NCBI GenBank assembly: GCA_965116875.1
Contig: OZ220733.1
Span: 1,760,001-1,824,000, forward strand
Direction: 5' to 3'
Length of the DNA stretch: 64,000 nt
Source of the DNA: Candidatus Latescibacterota bacterium
Lineage (GTDB): Bacteria; Latescibacterota; UBA2968; GCA-2709665
Shown here one piece after another: positions 18,410 to 29,819 of the stretch. The position numbers were made by a program, and so were the translations under genes. The stretch's first letter is position 1, and every line of letters starts with the position of its first letter. The notes beneath the pieces are model-generated. The model made no database searches, was not told the DNA's origin, and saw nothing but the letters and a program-made list of their open reading frames with translations.

Positions 18410-20755
18410 TCATACCGCAGCGCGTCCACCGGATTCGCGGGCTGCCCGGATAGTCTGGATGACTACGGTCAGTTGCACCGCAAGCAGCAACAATACACCC
18501 CCCAATAAAAAGGTGGGAATGTCCGGTCCAATCCGGTACGCGAAATCCTCTAACCATCGTTCCGTTGCGTAATACGCCGCGGGGAACGCGAAGAGACTCG
18601 CAATGACCACAAGCTTTACGAAGTCCCTGGATACCAGGACGACAATCCCGGATCCACGAGCGCCCAGGACCTTTCGGATCCCGATCTCCTTGGTCCGCCT
18701 GGACACGGCAAGAGCCGTGAGCCCAAACGCTCCGAGGCAGGCGATTATGACCGCAATCAGCGCACCATACCCGATAATTCGGTTCCATCGCTCTTCTTTT
18801 CTGTACTGCCCGTCCACTTCATCGTCGAGAAACGAAAACCGAAACGCACGGCCTGGCGCAACCTCGCGCCACTTCTCCTCGAGGTACGCCAGCGTACCAG
18901 GGATATCATCACCGCGGATCCTGACGAGCATTTGGTAGGATGCGAACGGGCTCAGGGTCAACACCGCTGGTCCGATCGTGTGGTGCAGGGAGCGCACATG
19001 GAAGTCCCTTACGACTCCGATAACCGCAACATCCCGCTTGTTCATGCGCAGCATTCTGCCAACGATTGGCATGTCCCAGCCCAGGTGTTTGACCAGGGCC
19101 TCGTTCACGATAATGGACGCGTGTGAAGCAGGTTTCAGCGAATCGAAGTCCGAACCTTCCAGAAGTGAGATATCCATCGTCTTAAGAAAGTCGTAGCCGA
19201 CGTTTACTTGCTCGACGTCCATTTTCTCGCCCTCGTGCTCAATAATCCCCTTGTACCTCGTCCTGTTGCTTAGCGCGTGGAGGGTGGTTGTAATCGCCAG
19301 CACATTGGGGTTCTGCATCAACTCGTTTTTGTACACCTCGTCTAGACGCGAGTCCGCCTGGAGCGGGTCCGATGTCGTAATGCGCAAGAGGTGTTCACTG
19401 TCGAAGCCCAGAGGTTTCGTCTTCAGGAAATCAAGTTGCCGAACCATCGCGAGCGCACTGATAACCATAAAGACGGAAAGCGCGAATTGCACCACGACCA
19501 GCGCCCGCCCGAAACGGTTCGGCCCTCCCAGCCTGATGCGGCCTTTCAAGGCCGAAGCCGGCTGAACACCTGACAGCACGAAGGCCGGGTAGACGCCTGC
19601 GGCCAGTCCAACGGCCGCAGCCAATCCAAGCAGAACGGCCGTGCCCGAACCGTCCGCCTGATCGAACAGAGCGATGTCTTTCGCCACAATGTCTTTGAAA
19701 GCCGGCAGGAGGAATTCCGCCAGGCCCGTCCCGGCTAACAGTGCCAGAACGCTTAATAGCATCGATTCTCCTAGAAACTGCATCACCAGTTGAATTCGAG
19801 ACGCACCAGTCACCTTTCGCATCACCACTTCCCGGTCGCGTGAGAATGACCTGCCCACGGCAAGGGTAACGTAGTTCACACAGGCGATCGTCAGGACGAG
19901 AAGGACGATACCGAGAAGAATATAAGAGAATGCCGGATTTCCTGCTCCCATTGGACCCCGGCTACCCCGGTTGAGATGCATTTCCAGTAGTGGCAGGAGG
20001 CCAATCGAGCGGTCCAACTGTTCTACCATCCATGGCGGGAGCGATTTTCGGAGCAATTGCGAAAACCGTTCGTTGAGTTCCGATGTACGTTCTTTTTTCG
20101 AGACCATTACGTACGTTTCGACATCACTAATATTCCAACCCCTCGTGTAGCCTCTGCTGGCAAAAGGCGCGAGGAAATCGAACCTGATGCTTGAGTTCTT
20201 GGGGGCGGACTTGGCAATGCCGGTAACAACGAAATCCCGCACGGCCACCGGAGGACCCGATAGATTCACGGAAAGGACTTTGCCCAGGGGATCTTCGTCG
20301 CCAAAATATCTACGCGCCGTGGACTCAGCGATCACTACGTTGTATGGATCGTCCAGCACAGTAGCCGGGTCGCCTTTCAGCAGGGGAAAGGTGAACACCT
20401 CAAGGATCGCCGGATCGGCGAAGTAGAAACTTCCCCTGAGTGACCGGTCCCCATCTTTTACAGATGAAGCGCCCCTGCCAATCCTGACGGACCGGACGTC
20501 CGAGAATGCCTCTTCAAGCGCCGGTCCCAATGGATCGGGAGTCTCACCTCCCGGTCCCATCCGGGATTCGACATAGACCCTGAATATTCGATCGGCGTTT
20601 TCGTGAAACGCGTCGTAGGTCCACTCTTGACGGACATACAGGAACGCCAGCACGCAGAACGCTATCGCGATGCCCAGACCCACCACGTTAATCGCGGCAT
20701 AGAGCGGATGCCGCAACAGATTGCGCCAGGCCACCTTGAGATAATTCCAGAACAT
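18410..20755 (-). CDS. ABC transporter permease, MacB/FtsX-type (paralog 3; last ~8 residues frameshifted)
   Basis: 781 aa, most similar to paralog 1; ends IRAARESGGRAAV instead of ...ANPVDALRYE. Confidence 0.9.
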   Translation of the reverse strand: MFWNYLKVAWRNLLRHPLYAAINVVGLGIAIAFCVLAFLYVRQEWTYDAFHENADRIFRVYVESRMGPGGETPDPLGPALEEAFSDVRSVRIGRGASSVKDGDRSLRGSFYFADPAILEVFTFPLLKGDPATVLDDPYNVVIAESTARRYFGDEDPLGKVLSVNLSGPPVAVRDFVVTGIAKSAPKNSSIRFDFLAPFASRGYTRGWNISDVETYVMVSKKERTSELNERFSQLLRKSLPPWMVEQLDRSIGLLPLLEMHLNRGSRGPMGAGNPAFSYILLGIVLLVLTIACVNYVTLAVGRSFSRDREVVMRKVTGASRIQLVMQFLGESMLLSVLALLAGTGLAEFLLPAFKDIVAKDIALFDQADGSGTAVLLGLAAAVGLAAGVYPAFVLSGVQPASALKGRIRLGGPNRFGRALVVVQFALSVFMVISALAMVRQLDFLKTKPLGFDSEHLLRITTSDPLQADSRLDEVYKNELMQNPNVLAITTTLHALSNRTRYKGIIEHEGEKMDVEQVNVGYDFLKTMDISLLEGSDFDSLKPASHASIIVNEALVKHLGWDMPIVGRMLRMNKRDVAVIGVVRDFHVRSLHHTIGPAVLTLSPFASYQMLVRIRGDDIPGTLAYLEEKWREVAPGRAFRFSFLDDEVDGQYRKEERWNRIIGYGALIAVIIACLGAFGLTALAVSRRTKEIGIRKVLGARGSGIVVLVSRDFVKLVVIASLFAFPAAYYATERWLEDFAYRIGPDIPTFLLGGVLLLLAVQLTVVIQTIRAARESGGRAAV

Positions 20756-20885
20756 CGACCGACTCCTCGCGTATTGGTTCCGTCAAGAATACTTCTTAGT
20801 CACGTGTGCCTCAAACTGTCGACCTGAGAAAGTGTCCGCGCATATAGGTTTGCCGGCCGAAGAACTCCTGGGACAATCAACAAGT

Positions 20886-21113
20886 CACGGGAGATTCTTC
20901 GCTACGCTACGAATGACCTGACTTGCAATAACCATTGTCGAAGTGAACCGGCCAGATCTTCGCTCCGCTCTGAATGACATGCTGGCCCATAGTCAAGCGC
21001 GTTGCTTCCCACTGTCATCCAGAGGACTTGCCCTGCTTGTGCTGAGCCTGTCGAAGCGAGCCTGTCGAAGGGGCCTGGGTGAGGGTGGGGCGAACATTCC
21101 TGTCTGCCAGCCT
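20886..21113. repeat. Mosaic REP-like repeat block 4
   Basis: ACGGGAGATTCTTCGCT...GAGCCTGTCGAAG...GTGGGGCGAACATTCCTGTCTGCC. Confidence 0.88.
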
Positions 21114-23501
21114 CTACTCATACCGCAGCGCGTCCACTGGATTCGCCCCCGCTGCTTTCCACGTCTTGTAGCCCACTGTAAGAAGCGCAATGCTCAACGA
21201 CAGCAATCCCCCCAGAACAAACGTCGGGATCGCCGGATCGACCCGGTACGCGAAGTTCTCCAGCCACCTGTTCATTGCATAATAGGCAATCGGCCAGGCG
21301 ACGAGATTGGCAATCCCGACAAGTGCAACATATTCCCTGGACAAGAGCAAGACAACGTTGGTAACGGATGCTCCCACCGCTTTCCGGATACCGATTTCCT
21401 TAGTCCTTTGTTGCACGCTGATAGACGCCAGGCCGAACAGACCGAGACCTGCCACGACGATCGCCAGAACCGAGAAACCGCCGAACAGCATCCCCAGTCG
21501 AACTTCCGCCCGGTATAGCCGGTCAAAAGACGTGTCCAGGAACGAATATTCGAACGGGGAATTCGGTACGACTTCATGCCATTGGGATCTGAGAAAGTCC
21601 AGCGTGCCTGGAACATCGTCCGGGCGTATCCGGATGGAAATGTAGTCTCTTGTCCACCCCCCGCCCATCATGATCACAAGCGGTTCAATCTCATGATGGA
21701 GAGACTTGTAATGAAAGTCCCTGACAACCCCCACCACGTCTCCCTGGAGTCCCGCTTTCATCATTTCAGCACCTTCTCCATATACGTCCATTCCAATCTG
21801 TCTATTCGCACATGAAGTCCATCCTAAATTCCTCATCGCTGCTTGATTCAGCATAAATGCGCCCTTGCGATCGCTTGCAACCTCATCAGACAATGCCCTT
21901 CCCTCCAATACTTCAATACCGAACGTCTCGATAAACCCGTGATCCACGTACATCACATTCATCAGCACACCATCTTTGAATGCACCATCCGTGAGGGGAA
22001 AAAACACATTGCCGGGCATCACCCCGCCTGGCACAGTCGAAGAGGCTGTTACATTCAGTACGGCGCTGTGTGCCAATACCATATTTCGGTAGCGCCGCTC
22101 CGGCTCGCCGCCGCGGTTCGGCATGACAACGATATGTTCCTTTCGAAATCCAAGACGCCTGTTTCGAACATAATCTGCCTGGTCATAGATCAGACCGGTC
22201 CCAATGACCAGAATGACGGATATTGCGAACTGAACAATAATGAGCGTCTTTCGCAAACCGCATCGCTTCGAACCGGCGTCCATCACCCCTCTAAATACCA
22301 GGACGGGTTTAAGCGACGAGAGAAAAAACGCGGGATAGCTCCCGGAGAACAAGCCAGTAAACAGCGCAATGCCGATCAAAGCCAGCAAAACGTCCCGGCT
22401 TTTCAGGAAATCAACGACCAGGTCGCGTTCGACAAAGGCATCAAATGACGGAAGCAGAATCTCCACCATCACACCGGCGATAACAATGGCAATTGAAGTC
22501 AGCAACGTCGATTCGCCCAAGAACTGAGCGATCAACTCGCCCCGGTTTGCTCCGACCACTTTCCGCAGCCCGATCTCCTTTGCGCGGTACTCCGAGCGGG
22601 CGGTCGAAAGGTTCATAAAATTGATGCACGCGAGCAGCAAGACGAGAAAGGCGATGGCGAGAAAGAGAAAGACATAGCGGATGTCCCCGTTGGGACTGAT
22701 TTCAAAATCCAGGTTTGAGTGAAGATGAATATCGGTCACAGGCTGCAGAAAGAGTTTCAAACGTATACCCGCGGCTTCCATTTGTGCTCCGAGGTGTCTC
22801 TCCGTAAAATCCGGCAACTTGGTTTCAACCTCGTCGGCGGCCTGCGTGGCCTGCAGGAGCAGATAGGTATAGAAGTCTATACTTAGCCAGCCCTTGCTGA
22901 TGTCAAGCGATGCCAGAAAGTCGAACTGTAAATGCGATCTGTGTTTTGAGTTCCTCAACACTCCCGTAATCTTATACGTATTGCCGCCCAACGAAAGCGT
23001 CTGCCCCATCGGATCCTCGTCTCCGAAATATTTAAGAGCCATCGCATCCGTCAAGACAATGGAATTGGGTTCCTGGAGTGCGGTTTGAGGATCACCTTTG
23101 CTCAGGGGAAAATCGAAGACCTGGAAGACGTTTGCATCCACGAACAGGACGCCTCTTTCGTAAAAACGACGCTGCTGATTTGCAACCAGCGTCTTTTCAT
23201 CCTTCCGGTGAAACCTAACCGCGTCTTCTACTGACGGGAATTCCTGAACGAGAGTTGAAGCCATCGGGAATGATGTAAGGGCGAACCGACCGGGCACCCC
23301 TTCCGATTGTATCTCTGCGGCGAGTCGGAAAATCCGATCCGCGTTCTCATGGTGCCGGTCATAGCTCAATTCATCCTGAACGTACAGAAGAATAAGGATG
23401 CAGCAGGCCATGCCGATTGCAAGACCAAGGATGTTGATCACCGAGAATACCTTGTTCCTCAACAGATTGCGAATGGCGACTTTCAGGTAGTTTGAGATCA
23501 T
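21114..23501 (-). CDS. ABC transporter permease, MacB/FtsX-type (paralog 4)
   Basis: 795 aa; LACINFMNLSTARS, KEIGIRKAVGA and ANPVDALRYE. Confidence 0.93.
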   Translation of the reverse strand: MISNYLKVAIRNLLRNKVFSVINILGLAIGMACCILILLYVQDELSYDRHHENADRIFRLAAEIQSEGVPGRFALTSFPMASTLVQEFPSVEDAVRFHRKDEKTLVANQQRRFYERGVLFVDANVFQVFDFPLSKGDPQTALQEPNSIVLTDAMALKYFGDEDPMGQTLSLGGNTYKITGVLRNSKHRSHLQFDFLASLDISKGWLSIDFYTYLLLQATQAADEVETKLPDFTERHLGAQMEAAGIRLKLFLQPVTDIHLHSNLDFEISPNGDIRYVFLFLAIAFLVLLLACINFMNLSTARSEYRAKEIGLRKVVGANRGELIAQFLGESTLLTSIAIVIAGVMVEILLPSFDAFVERDLVVDFLKSRDVLLALIGIALFTGLFSGSYPAFFLSSLKPVLVFRGVMDAGSKRCGLRKTLIIVQFAISVILVIGTGLIYDQADYVRNRRLGFRKEHIVVMPNRGGEPERRYRNMVLAHSAVLNVTASSTVPGGVMPGNVFFPLTDGAFKDGVLMNVMYVDHGFIETFGIEVLEGRALSDEVASDRKGAFMLNQAAMRNLGWTSCANRQIGMDVYGEGAEMMKAGLQGDVVGVVRDFHYKSLHHEIEPLVIMMGGGWTRDYISIRIRPDDVPGTLDFLRSQWHEVVPNSPFEYSFLDTSFDRLYRAEVRLGMLFGGFSVLAIVVAGLGLFGLASISVQQRTKEIGIRKAVGASVTNVVLLLSREYVALVGIANLVAWPIAYYAMNRWLENFAYRVDPAIPTFVLGGLLSLSIALLTVGYKTWKAAGANPVDALRYE

Positions 23502-23519
23502 GGCATCTGTCTGCCTTGC

Positions 23520-24447
23520 GTCAACCTGGCGCGGCTTCGCTATGGTCAGCTGTGACTGAATCCGAAAGGCCGACGAAGCCTCTGCGCAGGTAAGCCAAAT
23601 GCGGGCATTTCGACAAGCTCAATGACCACGCGTCGATATGCAATCTTCGGCGTCGCTCAGAATGACACGCTCGCCGATCGTCAAGCACGATGCTTCCCGC
23701 TGTCCTCCAGAGGAGCCCCCTGGGCCGACGAAGGATCTACTGCGGCATGGGATGATGCCAATGCGTCTGGCATTCTGCCCGCCAACAAATGCAGCACAAA
23801 AACCGCTCTTGTTTCGACTTCGCTCAGAATGACATGCTTTGCAAAAACCATTGGCGAAACCTGTCGGCCAGGTGTCGACACAAACTGTCGACCTGAGGAA
23901 GCCGGTGTGAGGGTGGGGCGGACATTCCTGTCTGCCTGCATGCGGCGGAAGCGTCCGCGCAAAAGTTCGTCTACAGAGGCCATATGCTCCACGTCCTGTC
24001 GAGACGGGAGATTCTTCGCTCCGCTCTGAATGACATGCTGGCCCATAGCCGAGCACGATACTTCCCGCTGTCATCCAGAGGACTTGCCCTGCTTGTGCTG
24101 AGCCTGTCGAAGCAAGCCTGTCGAAGGGGCCTGGGTGCAACGTCCAGGAATCACCTCTGTTTCACATGAGACCAGATTGTCATCCTAAGGAAGCCGGAAG
24201 GCAGTCGAAGCGTCCGCGCACAAGTTTGTCTATAAAATCCATATGCTACACGTTCGAGCGAGAAGACGGGAGATTCTTCGCTGCGCTTTGAATGACTTGA
24301 CTCGCAACAACCATTGGCGAAATGTATCGGTCAGATCTTCGCTCCGCTCTGAATGACATGCCGGCCGATAGTCAACCAAGATGCTTCCCGCTGTCGTCCT
24401 GAGGAAACCGGTGTGAGGGTGGGGCGGACATTCCTGTCTGCCCGCTC
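23520..24447. repeat. Mosaic REP-like repeat block 5 (longest; empty IS target core at 24264-24265)
   Basis: Contains nearly all modules seen in the other blocks. Confidence 0.88.
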
Positions 24448-26826
24448 TCACTCATACCGCAACGCGTCGACTGGATTGGTGCACGCAGCTCTCCAAGCCC
24501 GGTGACTCACGGTGGTCAACGCAATAAACAACGCCAGAAAACCACCCATGACAAAAGGCCAAACATCCAGATCTATGCGATATGCGAAATTCTGTAACCA
24601 CGCGTTCATTGCATAATATGCAATTGGCCACGCAATGAGATTCGCAAGTCCGATAAGCAGGACGAATTCTCTGGACAATAGCAGAACGACTGTGGAAACA
24701 GACGCTCCAAGGACCTTTCTGACGCCGATCTCCTTGATACGCTGTTGCGCGCTGAATGAAGCCAGACCAAACAGCCCAAGACTGGCAATAAGAATGGCGA
24801 GGAGAGAGAACAGTCCAAACAATTCGCCAATCTGTTGTTCTGCGCGATGCAGTTTGTCGTAATCGTCGTCCAAAAAGAAATAGTCGAACGGTGTATTCGG
24901 CGCAATTTCACCCCACTCTGCCTCCAGAATCCTGAGTGTACCTGCGATGTCATCAGAACGAATCCTGATAACGAAATACTCAAACCAAGTTTCCAGCGTT
25001 GTGATTATCAGAGGTTCGATTTCATGATGCAAAGACTGATAGTGAAAGTCCTTAACAACGCCGACAACCTTTCCTCTGTATTCTACCTCAATTTCGTTGC
25101 CCTGTGGCCATATTTTCTCCAATTCCTTACCAATGCACGAAGTCCAACCGAATTTTCGCCTGGCAGCTTGATTGAGGATAAGTTCGCCACGATTGTAACG
25201 CGAAATGTCTTTTGAGAATTCTCTGCCTTCTGTGAGTTCAAGTCCAAGTGTGGAGACGAATTCGTTGTCAGCCACGACCTTGTTAATCCCAAATCCATCC
25301 TCAGATGTGCCATCACCGGGAGACCGAAACAGACCGGTGGGAATTGGCCGACCAGGCAAACTTGAAGTCGTCGCAGTGCTCAATACATTTGTATACTCTG
25401 ACAATTTCGATTTGTATCGCTTTGTCGCTTGTATTCCGGGGTAAGGCAATACAACGACCTGTTCTTTATTGAAACCCAGTTTTTTGTTTCTGATGTAATC
25501 CGACTGATTGTAAACGACAATCGTCCCGACAATGAGAATTACCGAAATGGCAAATTGAAACACGACGAGGGATTTGCGTGAACCGGACTTCTGCAACCCT
25601 GTCTCCAGTGTGCCTTTTACGACCCTTGCTGGCTGAAATGCCGAGAGAATCAAGGCTGGATAAATCCCGGAAAGCGAACCTGCAAACAACGTTACCCCAA
25701 TCAAGACCAACAACACATGCAAAGTTCCCGCATAATCCAAATCCAATTTGCGGGATATAAGGGCGTTAAACGCAGGAAGTGAGACCTCAACAAGAACAAC
25801 CGCCAAAAATGAGGCAAACACCGCCAGCAGGATCGATTCACCCATAAACTGACGAAAAAGCTGTGAGCCGTTGGCGCCCACGACCTTTCGCATACTCACT
25901 TCTTTTGAGCGAGCCGTTGAGCGAGCCGTCGAGAGATTCGTAAAATTGACACAGGCCAATAGCAGCACAAAAAAGGCAATGATCAGGAAGAGATAGACAT
26001 AGCGAATATCGCTGTTGGAGCTCATTTCCCACTCCAGGCTGGAATTCAGATGAATATCAGCCAGTGGTTGCAGGAAGTAGCTGATTTGTAAACCTGCAGC
26101 TTTGGTCTGTCTCCCAATGTGCCTCTCGGTAAAATCAGGTAACTTCGTTTCTAACTCGTCAGCAGCACGGGTGTCTTGCAAGAGCAGATAGGTGTAATAA
26201 TCGTGGGCAATCCATTCCTTGCTCTTGATGGGCGATGCCAGAAAATCGAACGTTAAATGGGTATTGTGGGCGTGGTCCTCCAGAATACCAGTTATCTTGT
26301 ACGCTTCATCCTCCATTGCAAGCGTCTGCCCCATTGGATCCCGGTCGCCGAAATATTTCCACGCCATCTCTTGTGTGAGAACAATGGAATTGGGTTCCAG
26401 CAGTGCCGTTTGAGGATCCCCTTTGCCCAGTGGAAAATCAAAGACGTGGAAGACATTTGCATCGGTAAACAAGACATTACTTTCGTAGAAATGAACCTGC
26501 TGGTTTCCAACAAGCGTCTTTTCATTGGCTTTCAAAAAACGGACTGCATCTAACACTTCGGCATAGTCTTCGACAAGTGCAGGTCCCGTTGAAAATGGCG
26601 ACATGGCAACCTGACGCACGACCCCTGCGACCTTTGCGGTTGTAGCAAGCCGATAAATGCGGTTGGCGTTTTCATGGTGCCGGTCATAGCTCAGTTCATC
26701 CTGAACGTAGAGGAGAATGAGCATGCAGCAGGCCATGCCGATTGCAAGACCGAGGATATTGATGGCCGAAAATGTCTTGTTCCTCATTATGTTGCGAATG
26801 GCGACTTTCAGGTAATTCGCAATCAC
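24448..26826 (-). CDS. ABC transporter permease, MacB/FtsX-type (paralog 5)
   Basis: 792 aa; GTG start after AGGAGG RBS; TNPVDALRYE tail. Confidence 0.93.
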   Translation of the reverse strand: MIANYLKVAIRNIMRNKTFSAINILGLAIGMACCMLILLYVQDELSYDRHHENANRIYRLATTAKVAGVVRQVAMSPFSTGPALVEDYAEVLDAVRFLKANEKTLVGNQQVHFYESNVLFTDANVFHVFDFPLGKGDPQTALLEPNSIVLTQEMAWKYFGDRDPMGQTLAMEDEAYKITGILEDHAHNTHLTFDFLASPIKSKEWIAHDYYTYLLLQDTRAADELETKLPDFTERHIGRQTKAAGLQISYFLQPLADIHLNSSLEWEMSSNSDIRYVYLFLIIAFFVLLLACVNFTNLSTARSTARSKEVSMRKVVGANGSQLFRQFMGESILLAVFASFLAVVLVEVSLPAFNALISRKLDLDYAGTLHVLLVLIGVTLFAGSLSGIYPALILSAFQPARVVKGTLETGLQKSGSRKSLVVFQFAISVILIVGTIVVYNQSDYIRNKKLGFNKEQVVVLPYPGIQATKRYKSKLSEYTNVLSTATTSSLPGRPIPTGLFRSPGDGTSEDGFGINKVVADNEFVSTLGLELTEGREFSKDISRYNRGELILNQAARRKFGWTSCIGKELEKIWPQGNEIEVEYRGKVVGVVKDFHYQSLHHEIEPLIITTLETWFEYFVIRIRSDDIAGTLRILEAEWGEIAPNTPFDYFFLDDDYDKLHRAEQQIGELFGLFSLLAILIASLGLFGLASFSAQQRIKEIGVRKVLGASVSTVVLLLSREFVLLIGLANLIAWPIAYYAMNAWLQNFAYRIDLDVWPFVMGGFLALFIALTTVSHRAWRAACTNPVDALRYE

Positions 26827-26839
26827 GTTGTGCTACCTC

Positions 26840-27403
26840 CTGCGGCTTCGTTATGCCCGGCTGCGACCGTAGCCGTCAAGCCAACGACGCGTCCGCGCAC
26901 GAGTTTGTCTATAAAGGCCATATGCTACACGTACGAGCGAGAAGACGGGAGATTCTTCGCTCCGCTACGAATGACATGACTTGCAATAACCATTGGCGAA
27001 ATGAACCGGCCAGATCTTCGCTCCGCTCTGAATGACACGCCGGCCGATAGCCGAGCACGATGCTTCCCGCTGTCGTCCTGAGGAAACCGGTCTGAGGGTA
27101 GGGCGGACATTCCTGTCTGCCTGCATCGCAGTCCGTCTGCGCTCTGGCTGTCATCCCGAGGAAGCCGAAAGGCAGGCGTTGGGTCCGCGCAGGGAAGCTT
27201 AGTGCGGGCATTTCGACAAGCTCAATGACCACGCGTCGACATGCGATTTTGACTCCGCTCTGAATGACATGCTGGCCGATAGCCGAGCACGATACTTCCC
27301 TCTGTCCTCCAGAGGACTTGCCCTGCTTGTGCTGAGCTTGTCGAAGCAAGCCTGTCGAAGGGGCCTGGGTGAGGGTGGGGCGGACATTCCTGTCTGCCCA
27401 CTC
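26840..27403. repeat. Mosaic REP-like repeat block 6 (empty IS target core at 26943-26944)
   Basis: Same modules and orientation as the other blocks. Confidence 0.88.
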
Positions 27404-29794
27404 TCACTCATAACGCAGCGCGTCGACTGGATTCGCCCCCGCTGCTTTCCACGTCTTGTAGCCCACTGTAAGAAGCGCGATGCTCAGCGACAGCAATCCT
27501 CCAAGAAAAAATGTTGGGAACGCCGGATCGACCCGGTACGCGAAGTTCTCCAGCCACCTGTTCATTGCATAATAGGCAATCGGCCAGGCGACGAGATTGG
27601 CAATCCCGACAAGTACAACATATTCCCTGGACAAGAGCAAGACAACGTTGGTAACGGATGCCCCCACCGCTTTCCGGATACCAATTTCCTTGGTCCTTTG
27701 TTGCACGCTGATAGACGCCAGGCCGAACAGACCGAGACCCGCCACGACAATCGCCAGGATGGAAAACACGCCGAGAAGCGTCCCAAGTCGAGCTTCCGTA
27801 CGGTAAAGCTGATCGAAAGACGTGTCCAGGAACGAGTATTCAAACGGCGAATTCGGCGCTACTTCCCGCCACTGCGTTTTCAGGAAATCCAACGTGCCAG
27901 AAATGTCCTCCGGACGTATCCGGATCGACAGGTAGTTTACCCATCCCCTGTCTACCAGCATGATCACGAGCGGTTCGATTTCGTGATGCAGTGATTTGTA
28001 GTGAAAGTCCTTCACAACGCCCACGACGTCTCCCTGGACGTTCACTTTTAATTGACCGCCTTCCGGATAGACATGCGCCAGTTTTTTGTTTTCACAGGAC
28101 GTCCACCCCAATTTCCGCATGGCGGCGTCATTGAGCATGAATGTCCCGATTCGGTCGCTTCTGAATTCCTTCGAAAAGGCACGACCCTCCAATACTTCGA
28201 TTCCAAATGTCGAGATGAACCCGTGACCCGCGAATACCACGTTGAATACCGACGCATCGCTGCTGCGGCCCTCGATGACGGGGCGAAAGAAGTGACTTGC
28301 GATCATCCGACCAGGCACGGTCGACGAAGCAGAGGCGTCCAATACCGAACTGTATGGCGTCACCGCGTTCTTATATCGCTTCATGGCATCTGGATCACCG
28401 TAGGGCATTACGAGCACGTGCTCCTTTTGGAATCCCAATCGCATGTTGCGTACGAAACTCGCCTGGTCATAGACCACTGCCGTCCCAATCACAAGTACGA
28501 TTGAAATGGCAAACTGAACGACGACAAGCGTCCTTTGCAGACTCAGTTTGTTGGAACCGGCACGCGCCAAACCTTTCAATGCGGCAACCGGCTGAAAGGA
28601 GGAGAGAAACAGGGCGGGATAGCTACCGGACAGAACTCCTGTAAGCAGCACAATGCCAATGAAGCCCACCAGGAGTCCACTGCCTCGCAGATACTCAAGA
28701 TTCAGGCTACGTTCAGTAAAGGCACTAAACGTGGGTAGGGCAGTTTCGACGAACACGACGGCGACAACTGTGGAAATCGCAGCTGTAATGGTCGAATCGC
28801 CCAGAAACTGAAAAATCATCTGTCGTCGTTTTGCCCCGACCACTTTCCGCAGTCCCACCTCCCTAGACCGGTACGTGCAATGGGCGGTCGAAAGGATCGT
28901 ATAATTGATGCACCCCAGCAGCAACACAAAAAACGCGATTGCGACGAACAGGTAGATATATCTGATGTCCCCGTTTGCACTGACTTCATATTCCAGACTG
29001 GAATGCAAATGAATATCGGTCAACGTCTGCAGGAAGGGTTTCATCTGCACCCGCCTGGCTTTGTCTCTTTCGCGAAGATACCGCTCGACAAAATCGGGCA
29101 ATGCCCGCTCCAATTCGGACGCGGCATTTTTGTCTCTCAAGAGCAGATAGGTATAATAGCTGTGAGCAATCCAGCCGTCGTCGTCACTTTCTATGGGCGT
29201 TGCCAGAAAATCGAACTGTAAATGAGTGTTGTACGTGGGTTCTTCCAGGATGCCGGTTACCTTATACAATTTCCGGTCCACCGAGAGAGGCCGCCCGATC
29301 GGGTCGTCGCCGTCGAAGTACTTCCTGGCCATTGCTTCCGACAGCACGATGGAATACGGTTCCCGAAGCGCCGTCTGGGGATCTCCGTTGCTCAGTGGAA
29401 AATCGAAGACCCGAAGGATGTTCGAATCCGTGAACATTACGCCCGGCTCGTAAAAATGGTCGTCTCTGGTTTCAACCAGTGTTTTCTCGCCGATATCCCT
29501 GAAGAACCGCACGGCATCGACAACCATTGGATAGTCCTGCACGAGAGCCGGCCCCATCTGGAACGGCGTAACCGCAATACGATGCGTCTTCCCACTCACG
29601 CTGACCTCATCGGCAAGGCGAAATATCCGATCTGCGTTCTCGTGATGCCGGTCATAGCTCAGTTCATCCTGAACGTAGAGGAGAATGAGCATGCAACAGG
29701 CCATGCCGATTGCAAGACCGAGGATATTGATGGTGGAAAACAGCTTGTTTCTCAACAGGTTGCGAATGGCGACTTTCAGATAGTTCGCGATCAC
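27404..29794 (-). CDS. ABC transporter permease, MacB/FtsX-type (paralog 6)
   Basis: 796 aa; GTG start after AGGAGG RBS; ANPVDALRYE tail. Confidence 0.93.
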   Translation of the reverse strand: MIANYLKVAIRNLLRNKLFSTINILGLAIGMACCMLILLYVQDELSYDRHHENADRIFRLADEVSVSGKTHRIAVTPFQMGPALVQDYPMVVDAVRFFRDIGEKTLVETRDDHFYEPGVMFTDSNILRVFDFPLSNGDPQTALREPYSIVLSEAMARKYFDGDDPIGRPLSVDRKLYKVTGILEEPTYNTHLQFDFLATPIESDDDGWIAHSYYTYLLLRDKNAASELERALPDFVERYLRERDKARRVQMKPFLQTLTDIHLHSSLEYEVSANGDIRYIYLFVAIAFFVLLLGCINYTILSTAHCTYRSREVGLRKVVGAKRRQMIFQFLGDSTITAAISTVVAVVFVETALPTFSAFTERSLNLEYLRGSGLLVGFIGIVLLTGVLSGSYPALFLSSFQPVAALKGLARAGSNKLSLQRTLVVVQFAISIVLVIGTAVVYDQASFVRNMRLGFQKEHVLVMPYGDPDAMKRYKNAVTPYSSVLDASASSTVPGRMIASHFFRPVIEGRSSDASVFNVVFAGHGFISTFGIEVLEGRAFSKEFRSDRIGTFMLNDAAMRKLGWTSCENKKLAHVYPEGGQLKVNVQGDVVGVVKDFHYKSLHHEIEPLVIMLVDRGWVNYLSIRIRPEDISGTLDFLKTQWREVAPNSPFEYSFLDTSFDQLYRTEARLGTLLGVFSILAIVVAGLGLFGLASISVQQRTKEIGIRKAVGASVTNVVLLLSREYVVLVGIANLVAWPIAYYAMNRWLENFAYRVDPAFPTFFLGGLLSLSIALLTVGYKTWKAAGANPVDALRYE

Positions 29795-29819
29795 GTTGGT
29801 ACCTCCTGTGTCGTCACCG

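Noticed and set aside
20881-20895. CAAG-TC-ACGGGAG as an imprecise IS excision footprint (TC equals the first two IS bases)
   Set aside because: Only 2 nt of evidence, and the left flank does not match the target consensus; chance is likely.
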